Positions 63,130 through 64,000 of a DNA stretch of 64,000 bases are shown piece after piece; the stretch's first letter is position 1; each line of letters starts with the position of its first letter. The position numbers and the translations under genes were made by a program. The stretch is from positions 1 through 64,000 of the IMG/VR virus record IMGVR_UViG_2700988850_000001; one strand, 5' to 3'. A model generated the notes under the pieces. It worked only from the letters and a program-made list of their open reading frames with translations. It was not told where the DNA came from and ran no database searches. This stretch comes from a virus. Lineage: Duplodnaviria; Caudoviricetes.

Positions 63130-63351
63130 CTACTCCCCTGCCTCTAGTTCGATTCGGTAAGTCAGGCCGCTACTCTCGAAGGTCACGACACCATCTGCCT
63201 CGAACGTCATAGGGGTCTCGGTCCGAAGTCCCTTGGTCTCCACCATGGCGAGGGCAACCTTCATGGCCCACTCGGTGAACTCCCCAAGGTTCTCGAAGTC
63301 TTGCTCACCTACCCGTATGTTCTCGACATACGTTATTGCCTTAACCTTCAT
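63130..63351 (-). CDS. Hypothetical protein
   Basis: SD GAGG before ATG 63351. Confidence 0.6.
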   Translation of the reverse strand: MKVKAITYVENIRVGEQDFENLGEFTEWAMKVALAMVETKGLRTETPMTFEADGVVTFESSGLTYRIELEAGE

Positions 63352-63359
63352 GTCTAGCC

Positions 63360-63512
63360 TCACTCTCTGGTGGTCGTGCCGCCATGCTGGTTGCACGGGG
63401 ACTTCATGCTGCCGTACTTGTTAGAGAATCCGCCATACTCAGGTGCGTAATACTGAATCTCTACCACGCACCCGCATTCAAGTTTGACGTCATCTTCCCA
63501 GTCGTCGGACAT
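63360..63512 (-). CDS. 50-aa Cys/His protein (not in ORF track)
   Basis: MSDDWEDDVKLECGC...PCNQH; first gene after a promoter. Confidence 0.55.
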   Translation of the reverse strand: MSDDWEDDVKLECGCVVEIQYYAPEYGGFSNKYGSMKSPCNQHGGTTTRE

Positions 63513-63538
63513 TTGTTCCCGTCCTTTGCTCTGGTACT

Positions 63539-63567
63539 AGTCTATCATAAGGCATTCAGAATGCCAA
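63539..63567 (-). promoter_or_regulatory. SigA-like promoter with overlapping palindrome
   Basis: TTGGCA, 17-nt spacer, TAGACT, then AGTACCAG; GGCATTC-A-GAATGCC at 63551-63565. Confidence 0.7.
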
Positions 63568-63611
63568 CCCTATCCCCGGATATACCGGGGATAAGATTCG
63601 AACTCTGACTG

Positions 63612-63839
63612 CTAGCGTCGGGTGTAGATGCGCTGAGTTGCGCGACGCTGGTTCTTCCGAGCACGGGCTACCTTCCACGCTTGGTCCAGCGTGGCCCCCT
63701 CGGTGCAGTAGATGACGATGAACTCGCTCTCGTCCACCTGAGACCGGCGCTCGCCCTGCTGCTGTAGGTACTCGACCGCCCGGTTACCGGCCTTCGTGCC
63801 GATGAACTTGTCAGATGCCTTCTCGATTGCGACAGACAT
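63612..63839 (-). CDS. Hypothetical protein
   Basis: SD AGGAGG. Confidence 0.65.
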   Translation of the reverse strand: MSVAIEKASDKFIGTKAGNRAVEYLQQQGERRSQVDESEFIVIYCTEGATLDQAWKVARARKNQRRATQRIYTRR

Positions 63840-64000
63840 ATCTTGCCTCCTATTCTGGGATGCGACCGACCAGGCAGTATGCCCACCCGATTACGTCGCC
63901 GTTGCTCGGGTCGATGATAGACCAAGACTCGCCGGTATGATCCGTGCCGCCATGGACGGTACGGTACCCGTCGAAGTCCTCACGCAGCATGGTCATGAGG

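Overview
This window looks like the first 64 kb of a high-GC actinobacterial siphovirus genome. Its gene order and content resemble the GTE7/ReqiDocB7-type Gordonia/Rhodococcus phages; that likeness is inferred, not searched. The left arm (+ strand, 152-34521) holds gene 1, terminase, a Mu-like portal, four fibre/depolymerase-like genes, protease/scaffold, capsid, neck and tail genes, a 3101-aa tape measure, minor tail proteins and an amidase/holin lysis cassette. The right arm (- strand, 34567-64000) holds a Cas4-like nuclease, WhiB, a DNA methylase, a displaced LysB, MazG-like, RusA-like, beta-clamp, oligoribonuclease, SNF2 helicase, SSB-like, HNH and tyrosine recombinase genes, a vWA/MoxR pair and many small ORFs. 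Three observations stand out. (1) A candidate programmed -1 frameshift in gene 1 (A AAA AAA plus a 14-bp hairpin) feeds a stop/start-coupled chain through a 19-codon minigene into the terminase large subunit. (2) A promoter-hairpin-terminator unit near 46280-46373 predicts a ~60-nt RNA complementary to a GACCCACAG motif repeated in at least 7 right-arm intergenic leaders, most of them beside a ribosome-binding site. (3) A 130-nt tRNA-like RNA without an anticodon arm lies in a ~400-nt hairpin-dense non-coding region (60711-61120). All protein calls come from motif recognition and synteny by eye; no database searches were run.
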